Notes: generated by a model not told the origin, from the sequence alone. 64,000 nucleotides of DNA from Desulfobulbaceae bacterium (GCA_020444175.1 JAHLLM010000032.1:186-64185); one strand, 5' to 3'; positions 10,521 to 21,616 are shown, counted from the first letter of the stretch. Program-made: numbers and translations.

Positions 10521-10649
10521 ATTTCAGTCTTTCAGCGTTAAGACTATCAGCAAAGGCCAGTTTGACCTCTTTTGCCGCTTGCACTCTTCAGGCAAACTTA
10601 ATATCGATTTGATATCCGGTTTTCCCATTCGAAACCAGCTTCAGACTCT

Positions 10650-11336
10650 TTATTTCCTTGCCTTACGGTCATAACTCCGGGGATCATGGCAACCGGGAGC
10701 ACAACTGCCCCCTGTTTCTGTCTTGGTAAAATTCACCGGCATTTCCCAATTTCCAAAAGCAACGACGTCTGCCATCATCTTGGGTTTATTTGCCCCATGC
10801 ACTCCATGACAAAGCTTGCAGCTTCTCCCCCTGTTTTCCTTGTTCACATGGAAAAAATGAAGATTTTTTGTGCCATCGCGAAAACCTGTTGAATACGAGG
10901 TGTCAGGAAACATCAACAGGTCCCTCTTATGGCAGGAAAAGCACAGCTTATAGGAATCCTCCTCTTTATAGTCGACGAACAATCTGACAAAACTACAATC
11001 AGCTAATAACAACTGTTTCAGTTCACCGTGGGGATTGTGGCATAAGTGGCAGCTTTTTTTGGTTACAGGCTCATGATTGTATTTAAAATCAAGGACAGAA
11101 TCATGGCATGGCGTACACATTTTTTCACTTAAAACGGTTTTTTTCTTTCCTTCCGCATGGCTGTCCTGAACATCAAGGTGACAGTCGGCGCAGGTAAATT
11201 CTGCGGGATGGGCTCCGTTCTTTGCTTGAAAATCAGCATGGCAGTCAGATGTCACACAACTCTGCTGAGCAAAGACAAAGCTGTTCAGCAGAAAGAAAAA
11301 AATAAAAGAAATGTTTATCAAAAGTAATTTTGGCAT
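10650..11336 (-). CDS. multiheme c-type cytochrome (5 CxxCH + CX4CH + CX3CH)
   Basis: Signal peptide; CVTSDCH, CADCH, CTPCH, CHLCH, CFSCH, CKLCH, CAPGCH; C-terminal half is paralogous to 12114-13430. Confidence 0.92.
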   Translation of the reverse strand: MPKLLLINISFIFFFLLNSFVFAQQSCVTSDCHADFQAKNGAHPAEFTCADCHLDVQDSHAEGKKKTVLSEKMCTPCHDSVLDFKYNHEPVTKKSCHLCHNPHGELKQLLLADCSFVRLFVDYKEEDSYKLCFSCHKRDLLMFPDTSYSTGFRDGTKNLHFFHVNKENRGRSCKLCHGVHGANKPKMMADVVAFGNWEMPVNFTKTETGGSCAPGCHDPRSYDRKARK

Positions 11337-11403
11337 AATGTAACTTCTCTGAATTCTTTAAATTCCCTGACTTCTTTAAATTCTCTACCGTCTTCCCATC
11401 ATC

Positions 11404-12018
11404 CTACTTCAAGAAATACGGGGTGTCGCCACCATGGGCATCATGGCAGTTGACACACTCCATGTTGTTTTTCATGACAAGTTTATGCATTTCAGAAGCC
11501 AACCTTTCTTCCTGGTGGCACTTGGAGCAGATATCGCTGACACTCTCTTTAAGCAAAGATTTATACCCGGAACTGTGGGGAAGATGACAGGCAAGGCAAT
11601 CCCTTACAGAGACTGGCCCATGCACGAATTTTCCCTGGACGAAATCCACATGACATATTTCACACAGCTGATCAGGGGGTGCGATAAGAAGATTCTTCTG
11701 CTTAAAATTATGGCAGCCCTGGCAATTTTTTTCCGCATAGGGGCGATGACTGGAGCCGGCAAAAACAACCTTTTCTTCTTCAATGTCTCCGGCTTCGGCC
11801 TCGGCGAGACGCTTTTCATAATAGGTATTAAACATATCCGCCATATTGTCCTCGCACAGCTGTTCCAAAGGAGGCAGATCAGGGACCCCATCAAAAGCGT
11901 TCGTCAATATTTTATGCCGTTTCAGGGGATCATGAGAGCAACCGACCAGGACAAGAACTCCTGAGCATATGAGTGCAAATAGAGGCAGTAAGCGTTTCAT
12001 GTATTTTATATATCGCAT
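11404..12018 (-). CDS. pentaheme c-type cytochrome lipoprotein
   Basis: Lipobox LVGC; CQGCH, CEICH, CLACH, CSKCH, CVNCH. Confidence 0.9.
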   Translation of the reverse strand: MRYIKYMKRLLPLFALICSGVLVLVGCSHDPLKRHKILTNAFDGVPDLPPLEQLCEDNMADMFNTYYEKRLAEAEAGDIEEEKVVFAGSSHRPYAEKNCQGCHNFKQKNLLIAPPDQLCEICHVDFVQGKFVHGPVSVRDCLACHLPHSSGYKSLLKESVSDICSKCHQEERLASEMHKLVMKNNMECVNCHDAHGGDTPYFLK

Positions 12019-12113
12019 GTTAATTTATATAAAAATTTCGGTTTTCAGATTCTTCACTCCGAACTCAGAACTTTCAGAAACCGTTGTGATCCTTTTCATG
12101 AAGAAACCATACA

Positions 12114-13430
12114 TCACTTGGTTGGCGGCGGGGTATAGATAATCTTGCGTTCCTTTTTCTCCCCGTCCGCCTTGTCACTATTATCGATATACTCCGCCCG
12201 GTCATAGCTCATCCCACGATGACAACCCGGCATACAGCTCCCTCCTGTTTCAGTGGTCTCGAAACGTATAGGAATTTTCCAATCACCGAATTTTATTCCA
12301 TCCGGATTGATCAATTTTTGCCCATTGCTTGCATGAACACTATGACAGGAACGGCAGGTACGACCTTTTTGAGCTCGTGCCACATGCCGGTAATGAAGGT
12401 TTTCGTCTCCATTTCGGAAATCAGTTTGATTTGTTGCCGTTTCCGAGGTCAGCAACTCTTTATCATGGCATTGAAAACAGAAATCATACAAATTTTCCTC
12501 ATAGGCAGCATAAAATGACTGAGGATACGATCCCTTTAAAATACTTGCATAGCTGTTCCCGTGGGGATCATGACAGGCAATGCACTCGCCGTCGGCAACA
12601 GGACCATGCACAACTTCCTTATCTTCGATATCGTTCCGGATATTCCTCAAGCCTTCGGAACGGTTTGAATTATCTTCTCCGTGACATCCGTAACAAAGAT
12701 TCTCCCCTTCCCGCATGAGCAGAGAGGAATAAGTCGAATAATGAGCAAGATGGCAGTTTCCGCATTGTCTCTCTATATACAGGGCCTTATGCTTGTTAAG
12801 AGAGCTGTCGTATTTGGCCTTTAAATTCTTATGGCAATCAAAACAAAGTTCGGTTCCCTTTTTCTTCAGGAGTTTCGGTTCAACGCTGCTATGGGGCATA
12901 TGGCAGGAACTGCAATCCAGTTTCTGGATGGCACTGTGAATAAATTTTGCATCACGCATACTCTGGTCAAAATCACTGTGACAGCCAAGGCATATTTCCT
13001 GGAGAGGCATTCTCAGCAGGCTCTTCTGCTCGGAATCATGAGGATCGTGACAGGTCATGCAGGCACCCGACGCAGCCGGTCCATGTTTGTATCGGTTATT
13101 GAATTCAGTGTCGTCATGGCATGTAAAACAGAGAGAACCGCCCTTCGAAGTCAGGATAAAATCCCCCCCCTGTCCGGATGGATGGACTTCCTTCTGCTTC
13201 TGGTGGCAGCTAAGGCATTCATCTTCGGCTACCGGAGAATGTACAAACTGCTTTTGGCCTATTTCAGTATGGCAGCCATTAGAAATACATGCCGCCTGAA
13301 CCGGAAGCGGCAATGTAATAAAACAAACCACAAAGACACAAAGGCACAAAGAAAAAACGAACAGGCTTTGTGGCTGTGTGTCTTTGTGGTAACGCAGAGT
13401 CTTATATTTCAGATGGATATCAAAATGCAT
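12114..13430 (-). CDS. multiheme c-type cytochrome (11 CxxCH + CX4CH + CX3CH)
   Basis: Start moved to ATG 13430 (AAGGAAG upstream, removes overlap with the preceding gene); signal ending VQA; paired CxxCH..H motifs. Confidence 0.9.
   Translation of the reverse strand: MHFDIHLKYKTLRYHKDTQPQSLFVFSLCLCVFVVCFITLPLPVQAACISNGCHTEIGQKQFVHSPVAEDECLSCHQKQKEVHPSGQGGDFILTSKGGSLCFTCHDDTEFNNRYKHGPAASGACMTCHDPHDSEQKSLLRMPLQEICLGCHSDFDQSMRDAKFIHSAIQKLDCSSCHMPHSSVEPKLLKKKGTELCFDCHKNLKAKYDSSLNKHKALYIERQCGNCHLAHYSTYSSLLMREGENLCYGCHGEDNSNRSEGLRNIRNDIEDKEVVHGPVADGECIACHDPHGNSYASILKGSYPQSFYAAYEENLYDFCFQCHDKELLTSETATNQTDFRNGDENLHYRHVARAQKGRTCRSCHSVHASNGQKLINPDGIKFGDWKIPIRFETTETGGSCMPGCHRGMSYDRAEYIDNSDKADGEKKERKIIYTPPPTK
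13327..13390. repeat. 64-bp palindromic element inside a signal-peptide coding region
   Basis: ACCACAAAGACACAAAGGCACAAAG ... CTTTGTGGCTGTGTGTCTTTGTGGT; arms pair at 23 of 25 positions. Confidence 0.7.
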
Positions 13431-13440
13431 ACTGACTTCC

Positions 13441-14403
13441 TTATTTCTTATTTTTCCGCCTGTCCTCAATGACAAATCTATTTGTACTTGCCTCAGAGGC
13501 CCAAAGGTCGTGGGCAATATCATGACAATCGTTACATTGATCAAATTTTCCCCAGATATCTTCAGGATGCGGTATCCCGTGACAATCCTGACATTGCGGG
13601 ATCTTTCCATGGCTGCCGGCATGACAACGCACACATTTCACGTTTCTGTGTTTTGACCATGTCACAGCTATTGTTGCATAAACCTCTTCGTGACATGAAC
13701 CGCAATAATCAGAAGGGATATCCTCCCCGTAGGTAACGGCAAGAGGCATATGAGCCTTATGGCAGAAAAGACAGCTTTCCTGCCCCATGGTATCAGAGTG
13801 AGGGAGATGACAGTTCCGGCACGGTTGAATTTGACCATGATAGTAATGACATGCCGTACATTGGAGAAGTGAATGAATACTGGGATTGGCTTTCAGCTGT
13901 TCAGCCTGCTCTGAATGGCAGGTCAAACAAGGGGCGGTTATCTTTTTGGTCAGATGAATTTCCAGTGGTTTATGGGGATCGGCGTGGCAGTTAATGCAGC
14001 CTTGAAGAGAAAAATGCTCTTCTCCCTGATGACAACGGCTGCAGGCAGGGACGATCTCCATATCTGCAGGAGGATGTCCCTGGTGACACTGCATGCACAG
14101 CTGCTTATGGGCCTCCCCCTTCCTTTCCAGAATGAGAACTATATTCTCATGACATTTGCGGCAATCTTCTTCTGTAACAGTTGACTGGACAGTCACCGCT
14201 TCTGCAGTCTGAAATTCTGCAGCCTGTAAGGGATAGAAACCTCCGGAAGCTATAAGGCAGAAAACAAACAAAAGAGAGATAATAGTTTGATGATTTCTCA
14301 AAAAAAGGCTTCCCCCCCGCCAAGTACGTAACCTACTGATATTGCGCGGCCGGATGGTCAAATGCGTATTTTTTGGCGACTTGATCATATTTTGAGGTTT
14401 CAT
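13441..14403 (-). CDS. dodecaheme c-type cytochrome
   Basis: 12 closely spaced CxxCH (CRKCH to CNDCH). Start placed at ATG 14403 (MKPQ...); the signal peptide is interrupted by an in-frame MITE. Confidence 0.88.
   Translation of the reverse strand: MKPQNMIKSPKNTHLTIRPRNISRLRTWRGGSLFLRNHQTIISLLFVFCLIASGGFYPLQAAEFQTAEAVTVQSTVTEEDCRKCHENIVLILERKGEAHKQLCMQCHQGHPPADMEIVPACSRCHQGEEHFSLQGCINCHADPHKPLEIHLTKKITAPCLTCHSEQAEQLKANPSIHSLLQCTACHYYHGQIQPCRNCHLPHSDTMGQESCLFCHKAHMPLAVTYGEDIPSDYCGSCHEEVYATIAVTWSKHRNVKCVRCHAGSHGKIPQCQDCHGIPHPEDIWGKFDQCNDCHDIAHDLWASEASTNRFVIEDRRKNKK
14288..14387 (-). mobile_element. MITE family A, copy 3 (degenerate, in frame within a CDS)
   Basis: TGA...TCA ends and internal GATATTGCGCGGCCGGATGGTCA shared with other copies; 5-bp flanks AAATA/AACTA on the minus strand. 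Confidence 0.7.
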
Positions 14404-14566
14404 CACATGATTGTTGACAAAAAAACAAGGTAATGTCAAGTTTATAGCAATATGAAAGCGGTTTTTAAAACTCTGATTTCACATGCTAACTTTGACTTGA
14501 GTTCTCAATTTCGTATACTGTATTTATGGCAGCATATTTTCCACTTAACACATGTAAAGAGATCCC

Positions 14567-15544
14567 ATGAAAAAATATTCTTTCCTCATTCTGACTCTGT
14601 TTCTGGCCAGCGGTTGCTCCTGGTTCAAGGGAAACGATAAAACAACTGATTCCGCTCAAACATCCTCCAAAAAAATTGACGGCAGCTGTGCCAGCGGCGA
14701 CTGCCAGAACGGACAGGGCACCTGGCGTTATACTGACGGCAGAAGGTATGAAGGCTCCTTTATAGCCGGAAAGCCAAGTGGCACAGGGACACTTTTCATG
14801 CCTTCAGGATCAACCTATGAAGGCAAATTCAAATACGGTTTGTACGACGGCGACGGCTATGTCCTTTTTGCCGACGGCAGCGATGCAGAATGTGAACGCG
14901 GCAACTGTATCAATGGCCGCGGTGTTATGCTCTGGGACGACGGATCCCGATACAGCGGCGAATTCAAAAATGAAATCCGCGAAGGCTACGGCGGTATGGT
15001 TTTTGACGACGGCTCGAACTACTCAGGCGATTTTGCCGATAACAGCTACAATGGGGACGGAACCTTGACCTTGGCCGACGGCACCCAATACCGCGGAACA
15101 TTCAAAAACGGCAAAGCACATGGTGAAATTAAGGTTACTTTCCCTTCCCGGCACGAGTATTTTGGTCAGTTCAAAAACGGTGACGTCGTCAAAGGCCAGG
15201 GCCGAGTCACATTCCCGAACAACACAAGGGGAGAATGCAGCAAAGGCAACTGCATTAATGGAATCGGCACCCTGAAGCTGGAAGACGGCTCAAAGTATGA
15301 GGGTGAATTCCACAACTGCCGGCGCCACGGCTACGGAGTCTACACCTTTGCAAGCGGAGCAAGCTATGAAGGCGAATTCTTTGAGGGAAAACGCAACGGC
15401 AAAGGCATTTTCACATTCTCCACCGGTTTAAAATACGAGGGAACCTTCAAGGATGGCAAACGCCATGGGCAAGGAGTGTTTACCTTTCCCAACGGCGACA
15501 CCATCGAGGTTCTTTTCATAGATGGAGAAATGATAAAGAACTGA
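14567..15544 (+). CDS. MORN-repeat lipoprotein
   Basis: Lipobox LASGC; many YEGxFxxGxxxGxG repeats with interspersed C..G.C.NG.G units. Confidence 0.9.
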   Translation: MKKYSFLILTLFLASGCSWFKGNDKTTDSAQTSSKKIDGSCASGDCQNGQGTWRYTDGRRYEGSFIAGKPSGTGTLFMPSGSTYEGKFKYGLYDGDGYVLFADGSDAECERGNCINGRGVMLWDDGSRYSGEFKNEIREGYGGMVFDDGSNYSGDFADNSYNGDGTLTLADGTQYRGTFKNGKAHGEIKVTFPSRHEYFGQFKNGDVVKGQGRVTFPNNTRGECSKGNCINGIGTLKLEDGSKYEGEFHNCRRHGYGVYTFASGASYEGEFFEGKRNGKGIFTFSTGLKYEGTFKDGKRHGQGVFTFPNGDTIEVLFIDGEMIKN

Positions 15545-15711
15545 CGGTGTTCCATTTATGCCCTTTGCTGGTGTTTATCCCACTGCGGCTAAAAAATTAC
15601 CCAACAGACTGTATGATTCATTGAGAGTACACAACAGACGGTCGATACATTCCATGGCATTTTCCCGAGTTCAACAAGGTTGAATTTTGCCTTGCCCACA
15701 CTCCGTCTCTG

Positions 15712-16800
15712 TTATTCTCCTTTTTTCCCAGCCTGTTTATCTTCTTTCAAGTCATCAAGTAATATTTCAACGTCTGCGCCGTCTCGTAACTCCTTCATCC
15801 ATGCCTGACGCCGCTCCTCCTGAAAATAAGGGGCAAGCCGGTCCTCAATAAATCCCCTGGCCTCTTCAACAGTCATATCACGGGCAAGCTCATTCTTCGT
15901 TACCTCAAAAATATGGAAAGTGCCGTTATCCTCGACAACACCGCTGAAATCGCCAACTTTCATCTCAAGCATTTTTTCGTAAATAACAGGATATTTAGCT
16001 TTGCTGATTTTGCTCTTGCGAACAATAAAAGTGCCATCGAGAACGAGCTTGCCAAAATCATAATTTTTCGCTTTTAACTCGGCAAGAAGTGCCTGAGCAC
16101 GTTCGTGGGTGGCTTTTTCATTTTCAGCGTCCATAACTAGGATTTCTTTGACAAAAAACTCATCGGCTTTTTTTAATTTTCCCTCTTCCTTGTACTGGTC
16201 ATACATTTTTTGGACAACATCTTCCCTCTTGCCCACCTTCTGATATACTTCACGCCCGGTAATGCCTTCCAGGCGCCTGCTGCGGATAATTCTTTCCCGC
16301 AGTCCATCTTCAGTCAGTCCGGTCCCGTCAAGATAGCGCTGAAAACCTTCCGGGGTTTCATAGGCCTCTTTAATCTGGTCAATCACTTTCTGGACATCTT
16401 CCGGTTTGGGTTCGATACCCTGTTTCACAGCCTCCTTGACAGCCAGCTCTTCAAAAATGAGCCGATCCAGGGCACGCTGTTCAATCTCGCGGGTTACTTC
16501 CGCCGACGGTTCCTTAATATGTGAATAAAAGGCACTGTGAACCCGGTTCATCATACCTGTCAGGTCGTACATATTGATCGGAACTCCGTTCACTCTGGCG
16601 ACGACTTGTTTACGGGCCTCTTCGATTTTCTTTTTTTCATCGGCTGGAACAGCAGGAACATCATCCTGAATCATATCTGCCTGCTGTTCAGTGACTGCAG
16701 TTTCAGTTTTTGTATCATGGAGGGCGGTTGCCATAACCGGAGAGACAGCAAAGAAAGTACCGAAAAGTATTGCGGCAGCTGTATATCGCATGCGTTTCAT
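15712..16800 (-). CDS. SurA/PpiC-like exported foldase (degenerate parvulin domain)
   Basis: Signal peptide; VVARVNGVPI, ALDRLIFEEL SurA-N-like helices; VGDFSGVVE..GTFHIF parvulin tail. Confidence 0.75.
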   Translation of the reverse strand: MKRMRYTAAAILFGTFFAVSPVMATALHDTKTETAVTEQQADMIQDDVPAVPADEKKKIEEARKQVVARVNGVPINMYDLTGMMNRVHSAFYSHIKEPSAEVTREIEQRALDRLIFEELAVKEAVKQGIEPKPEDVQKVIDQIKEAYETPEGFQRYLDGTGLTEDGLRERIIRSRRLEGITGREVYQKVGKREDVVQKMYDQYKEEGKLKKADEFFVKEILVMDAENEKATHERAQALLAELKAKNYDFGKLVLDGTFIVRKSKISKAKYPVIYEKMLEMKVGDFSGVVEDNGTFHIFEVTKNELARDMTVEEARGFIEDRLAPYFQEERRQAWMKELRDGADVEILLDDLKEDKQAGKKGE

Positions 16801-16974
16801 AAGGACCCCTTGTGAAAATTAAGGTTATTTATCTGCAGACTCTTTACTTTGCAACTATGCTTTTAAGTTAGACAAAGGCCTACGCGAAAGGTTCGCGATT
16901 ATCATACTGAAATAATGTGCATGAACGTTAATTCGTAAAACTTTGTCTAATTTAAATCTTCAAGCAGAATTTTC

Positions 16975-17008
16975 AGAAAAAAGGCTGGGCGGAAAATCCG
17001 CCCAGCCT
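16975..17008 (-). terminator. intrinsic terminator after Sec cytochrome 1
   Basis: AGGCTGGGCGGA-N3-TCCGCCCAGCCT hairpin followed by a U-run on the minus strand. Confidence 0.85.
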
Positions 17009-17044
17009 GTTATGAGTTATAGGTTATATAACTTCTTTAAAGTT

Positions 17045-20000
17045 TTAGTTAATCGTTACTTGCAGATCACCGTCTTCGTTAAAAGTGTAATCGGTTCTGT
17101 TATGAAGTGAATCAAGAATCATAATCCTGATTCGGTAATCACCGGCACGATTATAGGAGTGATCGATTCCAGCGGCAATATCAGCTACAGGATCATTTGA
17201 AATGGTACGTGACCTGTCGCCCCAGTAAATGTAGGCGCGATATGCGGATGCATCAACTGTTCCTGAAAGAGTTACAGTATCAGCGGCAACTGCGGTAGCG
17301 AAATCTGCGGCCGCAACCGGATCTTCAACAACAACAGCGTTTGCGTCAACGCTTGCTGTATCACATACTGCTGACTCATCTGCACCAGTGGTAGCGTCAT
17401 CATTCAGACATACTGTAACGCTTGCCGGGTAAGCTCCTTCAGCAGAATACTGCATGATCTGAGTTGAACCAGCCGGGAAGAGCGGATTTTCACCAAGTAC
17501 GGATATACCAAGTGTTCCAGCGTTTGTATCCCAACTGTAGTTACAACCCTGTCCCCATGGAGTAAGCACACCGTCAATGAGTACAGAACAGCTTGAACGG
17601 CTTGCATTCAGCTCAACGACCATGTCATATTCCGTAGAAGAAAGAGCACTGAGCTGCGCTGTTGCCTGGTAGGTATTCTGAGCTTGAGCAACTCCAGGAG
17701 TCATCAACAGGTCAAGTGTCTGCTGCGGATAACCGAGGAACTGGTTGGCGCTCATAGCAGTAGCAATGTGACGTTTGCCGTCCATGGCAGTGGCTGCTGC
17801 GGAGTTACACGGAACAACCGCCGGAGTCATGGGATTAGGTCCGCCCAGGTAATCATAGCAGTAGGAAGCCTGATCCCAAGCTGCAACATGGTTCGGGTTA
17901 CTCGGATTCTGAGCACCACTTACACCCCATTTCACTTTCGGAGTACCGTCTGCCTTGTAAGACTGCTGCAGGTCGACCTTGAAGTGAGAAACTGCCTCGG
18001 CGCGGCCAAGCAGAAGACCCATAGGATTGTGTCCGATCTCTGCCATATCAGTCATGGCGCCTTCACAATCACCATCTTGCATACAGGCACCGTTGTTGCG
18101 GAAACCGCCAGTACATGCTCCAGGAATACCGTTACCAGGATCAGCACCAACACAGGTACCATTGATCATGCCAGCATACATTGCTGCAGAACCGGCACCC
18201 ATCATACCGTCGATAGCGGCTTCAACACCGGCATCTGCGTAGTTCGGCATACAGTTATTGACGCTCTGTCCAGCCATGGGGCTGAAGCTGATAGGACCTG
18301 CGAAAGGATTACATCCAAGTGTTCCACTTGTCTGCAGTTCTTTCAGAGCAAAGCCCTGGATACCGGCAACACCGTCATACATACCCATCTGCATTGCTGT
18401 TCCAGCCGGGAAGCCCATGGCCTGATCAAAGGTCGTAGACATCATACCGATTACATGCTGCAGTTGAGCGTTGCCGCCTGTTGTACCGAACATCGCGTTA
18501 TTGGAGAACCAGGACCATGAAGCACATTCTGCTGTCATGTTCGGCTCACCGGTCATGGGATTGAAGTAGAAATTATGATGGTCGGTATTTGGGTTAGCCA
18601 TTCCGCCCAAACCGTCATCAGCCATTTTGGATGGATCGCCTGCGCCACACATGGCGGCTGCATCGAAATCAGCAAACATGGCCATCCAGTTTTTAACGAT
18701 CTCATAACCGCCTACACCAAAGCCAGGAAGACCGGCATTGGCTACAGGCTGGGTGTAGCCTTCAAAGAAGCCCACTGAGAACGGTGAGTAGTTGGGGCTT
18801 GCAGCGTTCATTGAAGAGTGACAGCTTACGCAACCGCCGCGCTCGGAACCGCCAAGGGCCCATTCTTTCGGAACAACACCGTGGGTTACGTCAAAGTCAG
18901 CCTGAATAACGTTCAGGAAGGTGACGAAACGTGCATCAGAACCGTTTGCACCACTGTCAAAGGCAGCCATCATGGCATCGATCTCTTCTTCAGTGTCGAT
19001 TTCCCAGGAGTCAACAATCTGGAAACCGTCAAAAAGAGGTACGGTGTTGCCGCCGTTCAGACGCATATCAAACTGCGGGTTATTATCGCGAACAAATTCA
19101 GCAACACGCTGCAGGTCACGGTTTTTAACTGGTGACGGGAAAGCGGCTGTTGTAGCGTCAAGGATATTGTCCATCGGCTCGCCAGCGGCAACCATTCCGG
19201 CGTCGTCTTGTACCAATACGCCGCTGTTCGGCACCATCTCATACCAGGTGGGAAGCAGTGAAGGCAGAACAGGATAGATCTTGGTCTCGCCATTCTTGGT
19301 GGCCCATTTACGTACGGAAGGTACGCTGTTATGGGTACCGGTGACAAGGTCAAAGTTCCAGTCAAGAACGTTTCTGAAAGTTCCACGGGCAAAACCAGCG
19401 GTCCAGTCACGATATTTCAAACGGCCGGGAGCTGAATAAGTCTCAGGCACATGACAGGTCACACAACCGATTCTGTCAAGATGGAGCTGAGGCAGACCGT
19501 TATGCAGCGGAGTAGGAGCATCAAGAGTTCCGCCGTTGTCTACCAGTTTTGGGTTGTCTCGTTCAGTATGACAACCGCTGCAGCGAATCTTGGCATCCAG
19601 GTTGTTCTTTCCTTTGGTATCAGGGAAGGAATCCGCCTGGGCAAACTGATGATCCATGGCGTAAATACGCTCGGCAGGATAATCATAGCCATGATGCTCG
19701 CCGGCTGGGATATCTTCATAACCGGTTCCTGTTGTCGAACCAACTGCGTAATGACAGGTGGCACATTCCATACCGTTTTGGTCATGCACATCGATATCAG
19801 GCATCTTACCCTGAATCGGATCGCCGAAGTTCGGTACGGTATTAGGATCAGCATCAAGGGTTGAAGGAGCAAACATTGACATGCCCCAGCGACCGTTAAC
19901 ACCATAAGCATCGTTTTCTGCAGTTACTTTATGTGCACGTTTACCCATACCGGTCTTACAACCGAAATCGAACCAGTAATCGTCGTTTACAGCACCAGGA

Positions 20001-21433
20001 CCGTTGTCGGTATCAAGATCACTGCTTGCACCCATGTTTCCTGAAGGCATTGGATTTGAAGGATCATGAATAAGGCCGTAGTTACCATAACCGGTCTTCA
20101 TGGCCATCATGCCGGGGAGTCCCATGGTATTATCATCACGGGCGTGACATACGGAACAGTTCTCGCTCTTCGGTGTACCGGCGATTTGTGCGGATTCAAT
20201 CTTCACACAGTCTACGGAAGGACCGTTTACATAATAAGGTGTGGCATACTGGCCGGCACATTGGCCACCAGTAAAGGCCTGGTAGGAGTAGTCACCACAA
20301 CCGGAAACATTATATATAACGTCGCCGCTTACACATGTTCCAACGCCTGTTGTATCTCCACCAGGAGAAACAGCGCCTGCACCCCAGTCAACACCGGTCA
20401 AGTCATCAACAGCACCATCACCATCAGCATCAGTAAATGTACCTTTCGCACCGGCACCCATGGAAGCGATAAGGTCAAGACGACGCTGTTTCAGACCGAA
20501 GTTACGGTTATACATATCATATTCCGTAACACCATCGCCGATGGTAACTGTCCGGCCAGGACCTTGAGGTGTTCCTGAACATGTAGGATCAACCATCGGG
20601 CCGATTGGATTGGAAGGACCACAATCAAGGGTCTTCAACCAGGCGGAACCAGCGTTTGAACCGTCAAGATGACACATCAAACAGTCCATCTCGGCTTTAT
20701 TTGTTGCACTCATGTTGCCAACAGTGACGTTGGTCCATGATGTTTCGTCTTCAGCAGTGTTTGGATCATCGGGGCGTGCATATTTCAGAACATAGGTGTC
20801 GCCTGGTCCTTCACCTGCAGAGCCGTAGGCATTGAGATCGCGGTTATATTCCATCTGACCGCCACCAACATGACAAACGCCACAGGTGTTTACCCAGGAC
20901 TGGGCTCCCATCTCAACTGAAAGAGGATTTGTTAAAGGATCAGCATTTTTAGCCGCCAACTGGCGGTTTGAGGGAGGTCAGTACTTGCCGAACATACCGG
21001 GCGAGTTGGCCCAGAACTTACCATGAACTGCATGACGCAAATGATTGCCGTAGTCTTCATTACGACCTTCCTGGGAATGACGGCCAACAACGAAACCATG
21101 CTCATATGCGGTTGTTTCAAAGCTTACCCATTCAACTTCACCAGTTGTCTCATTCTGGATACCCTGTGTCTTAACAACTGTCCTTGTAGCTCCACCACCA
21201 TCGTAACTACCACGAGGTCCTGAAAGGCTTGTGCTGCCATCTGCCTCAACAACATGATCATGACACGCGCCACAGGTCATTTTAGGGCTGTAGGGTGTCG
21301 TAGAATCAGCAATGATAGTACCAGCAGTATCCCGCAAAGGAACTGACGGATGGGCAAATGCATTGCTGCCGGCCATCAGAGCTGCGGTTGCCAGGGCTGA
21401 AACAACTAAGCCACTTTTATACCTTTTTTTCAT
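17045..21433 (-). CDS. putative selenocysteine-containing exported octaheme cytochrome c, 1462 aa (U152), with C-terminal PKD-like domains
   Basis: ORFs 20978-21433 and 17045-20959 are in one frame joined by TGA at 20978-20980, reading GMFGKY*PPSNRQLAAKN. Signal peptide and CGACH lie upstream, 7 CxxCH downstream; SECIS-like hairpin; same junction in the paralog. Confidence 0.85.
20951..20980 (-). promoter_or_regulatory. UGA codon plus candidate bacterial SECIS element
   Basis: UGA-CCUCCCUCAAA-CCGCC-AGUU-GGCGG; the stem starts after an 11-nt spacer. Confidence 0.75.
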
Positions 21434-21599
21434 TTTTAACTCCTTCGGTTAACTTCTTCTTAGTTCGATTTTCCCAGTCACTCAATTCGGCTTGGGGGAG
21501 CCGCGGGAATTTTCGTTTTAGATCCCGACTATCAAGTTAACTGTGGACTATCTCATTCTTGTAACGCAAATCACAATTTGGGAATGTGCTTGCATAAGT

Positions 21600-21616
21600 A
21601 GCAATCTGTGTGCCCA
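21600..21616 (-). promoter_or_regulatory. sigma54 (-24/-12) promoter
   Basis: TGGGCACACAGATTGCT = GG-N10-GC, ~165 nt upstream of ATG 21433. Confidence 0.75.

Noticed and set aside
17684-20578. Long antisense ORFs (e.g. 17684-18520, 2597-3319, 12831-13472)
   Set aside because: Shadows of strongly codon-biased genes on the opposite strand.
21434-21600. Cyclic-dinucleotide (GEMM) riboswitch in the cytochrome leaders
   Set aside because: I could not find the GGCAAA..GAAA..GACGCAAA core here or in the 30670-30838 and 37807-37958 leaders; an Infernal search would settle it.
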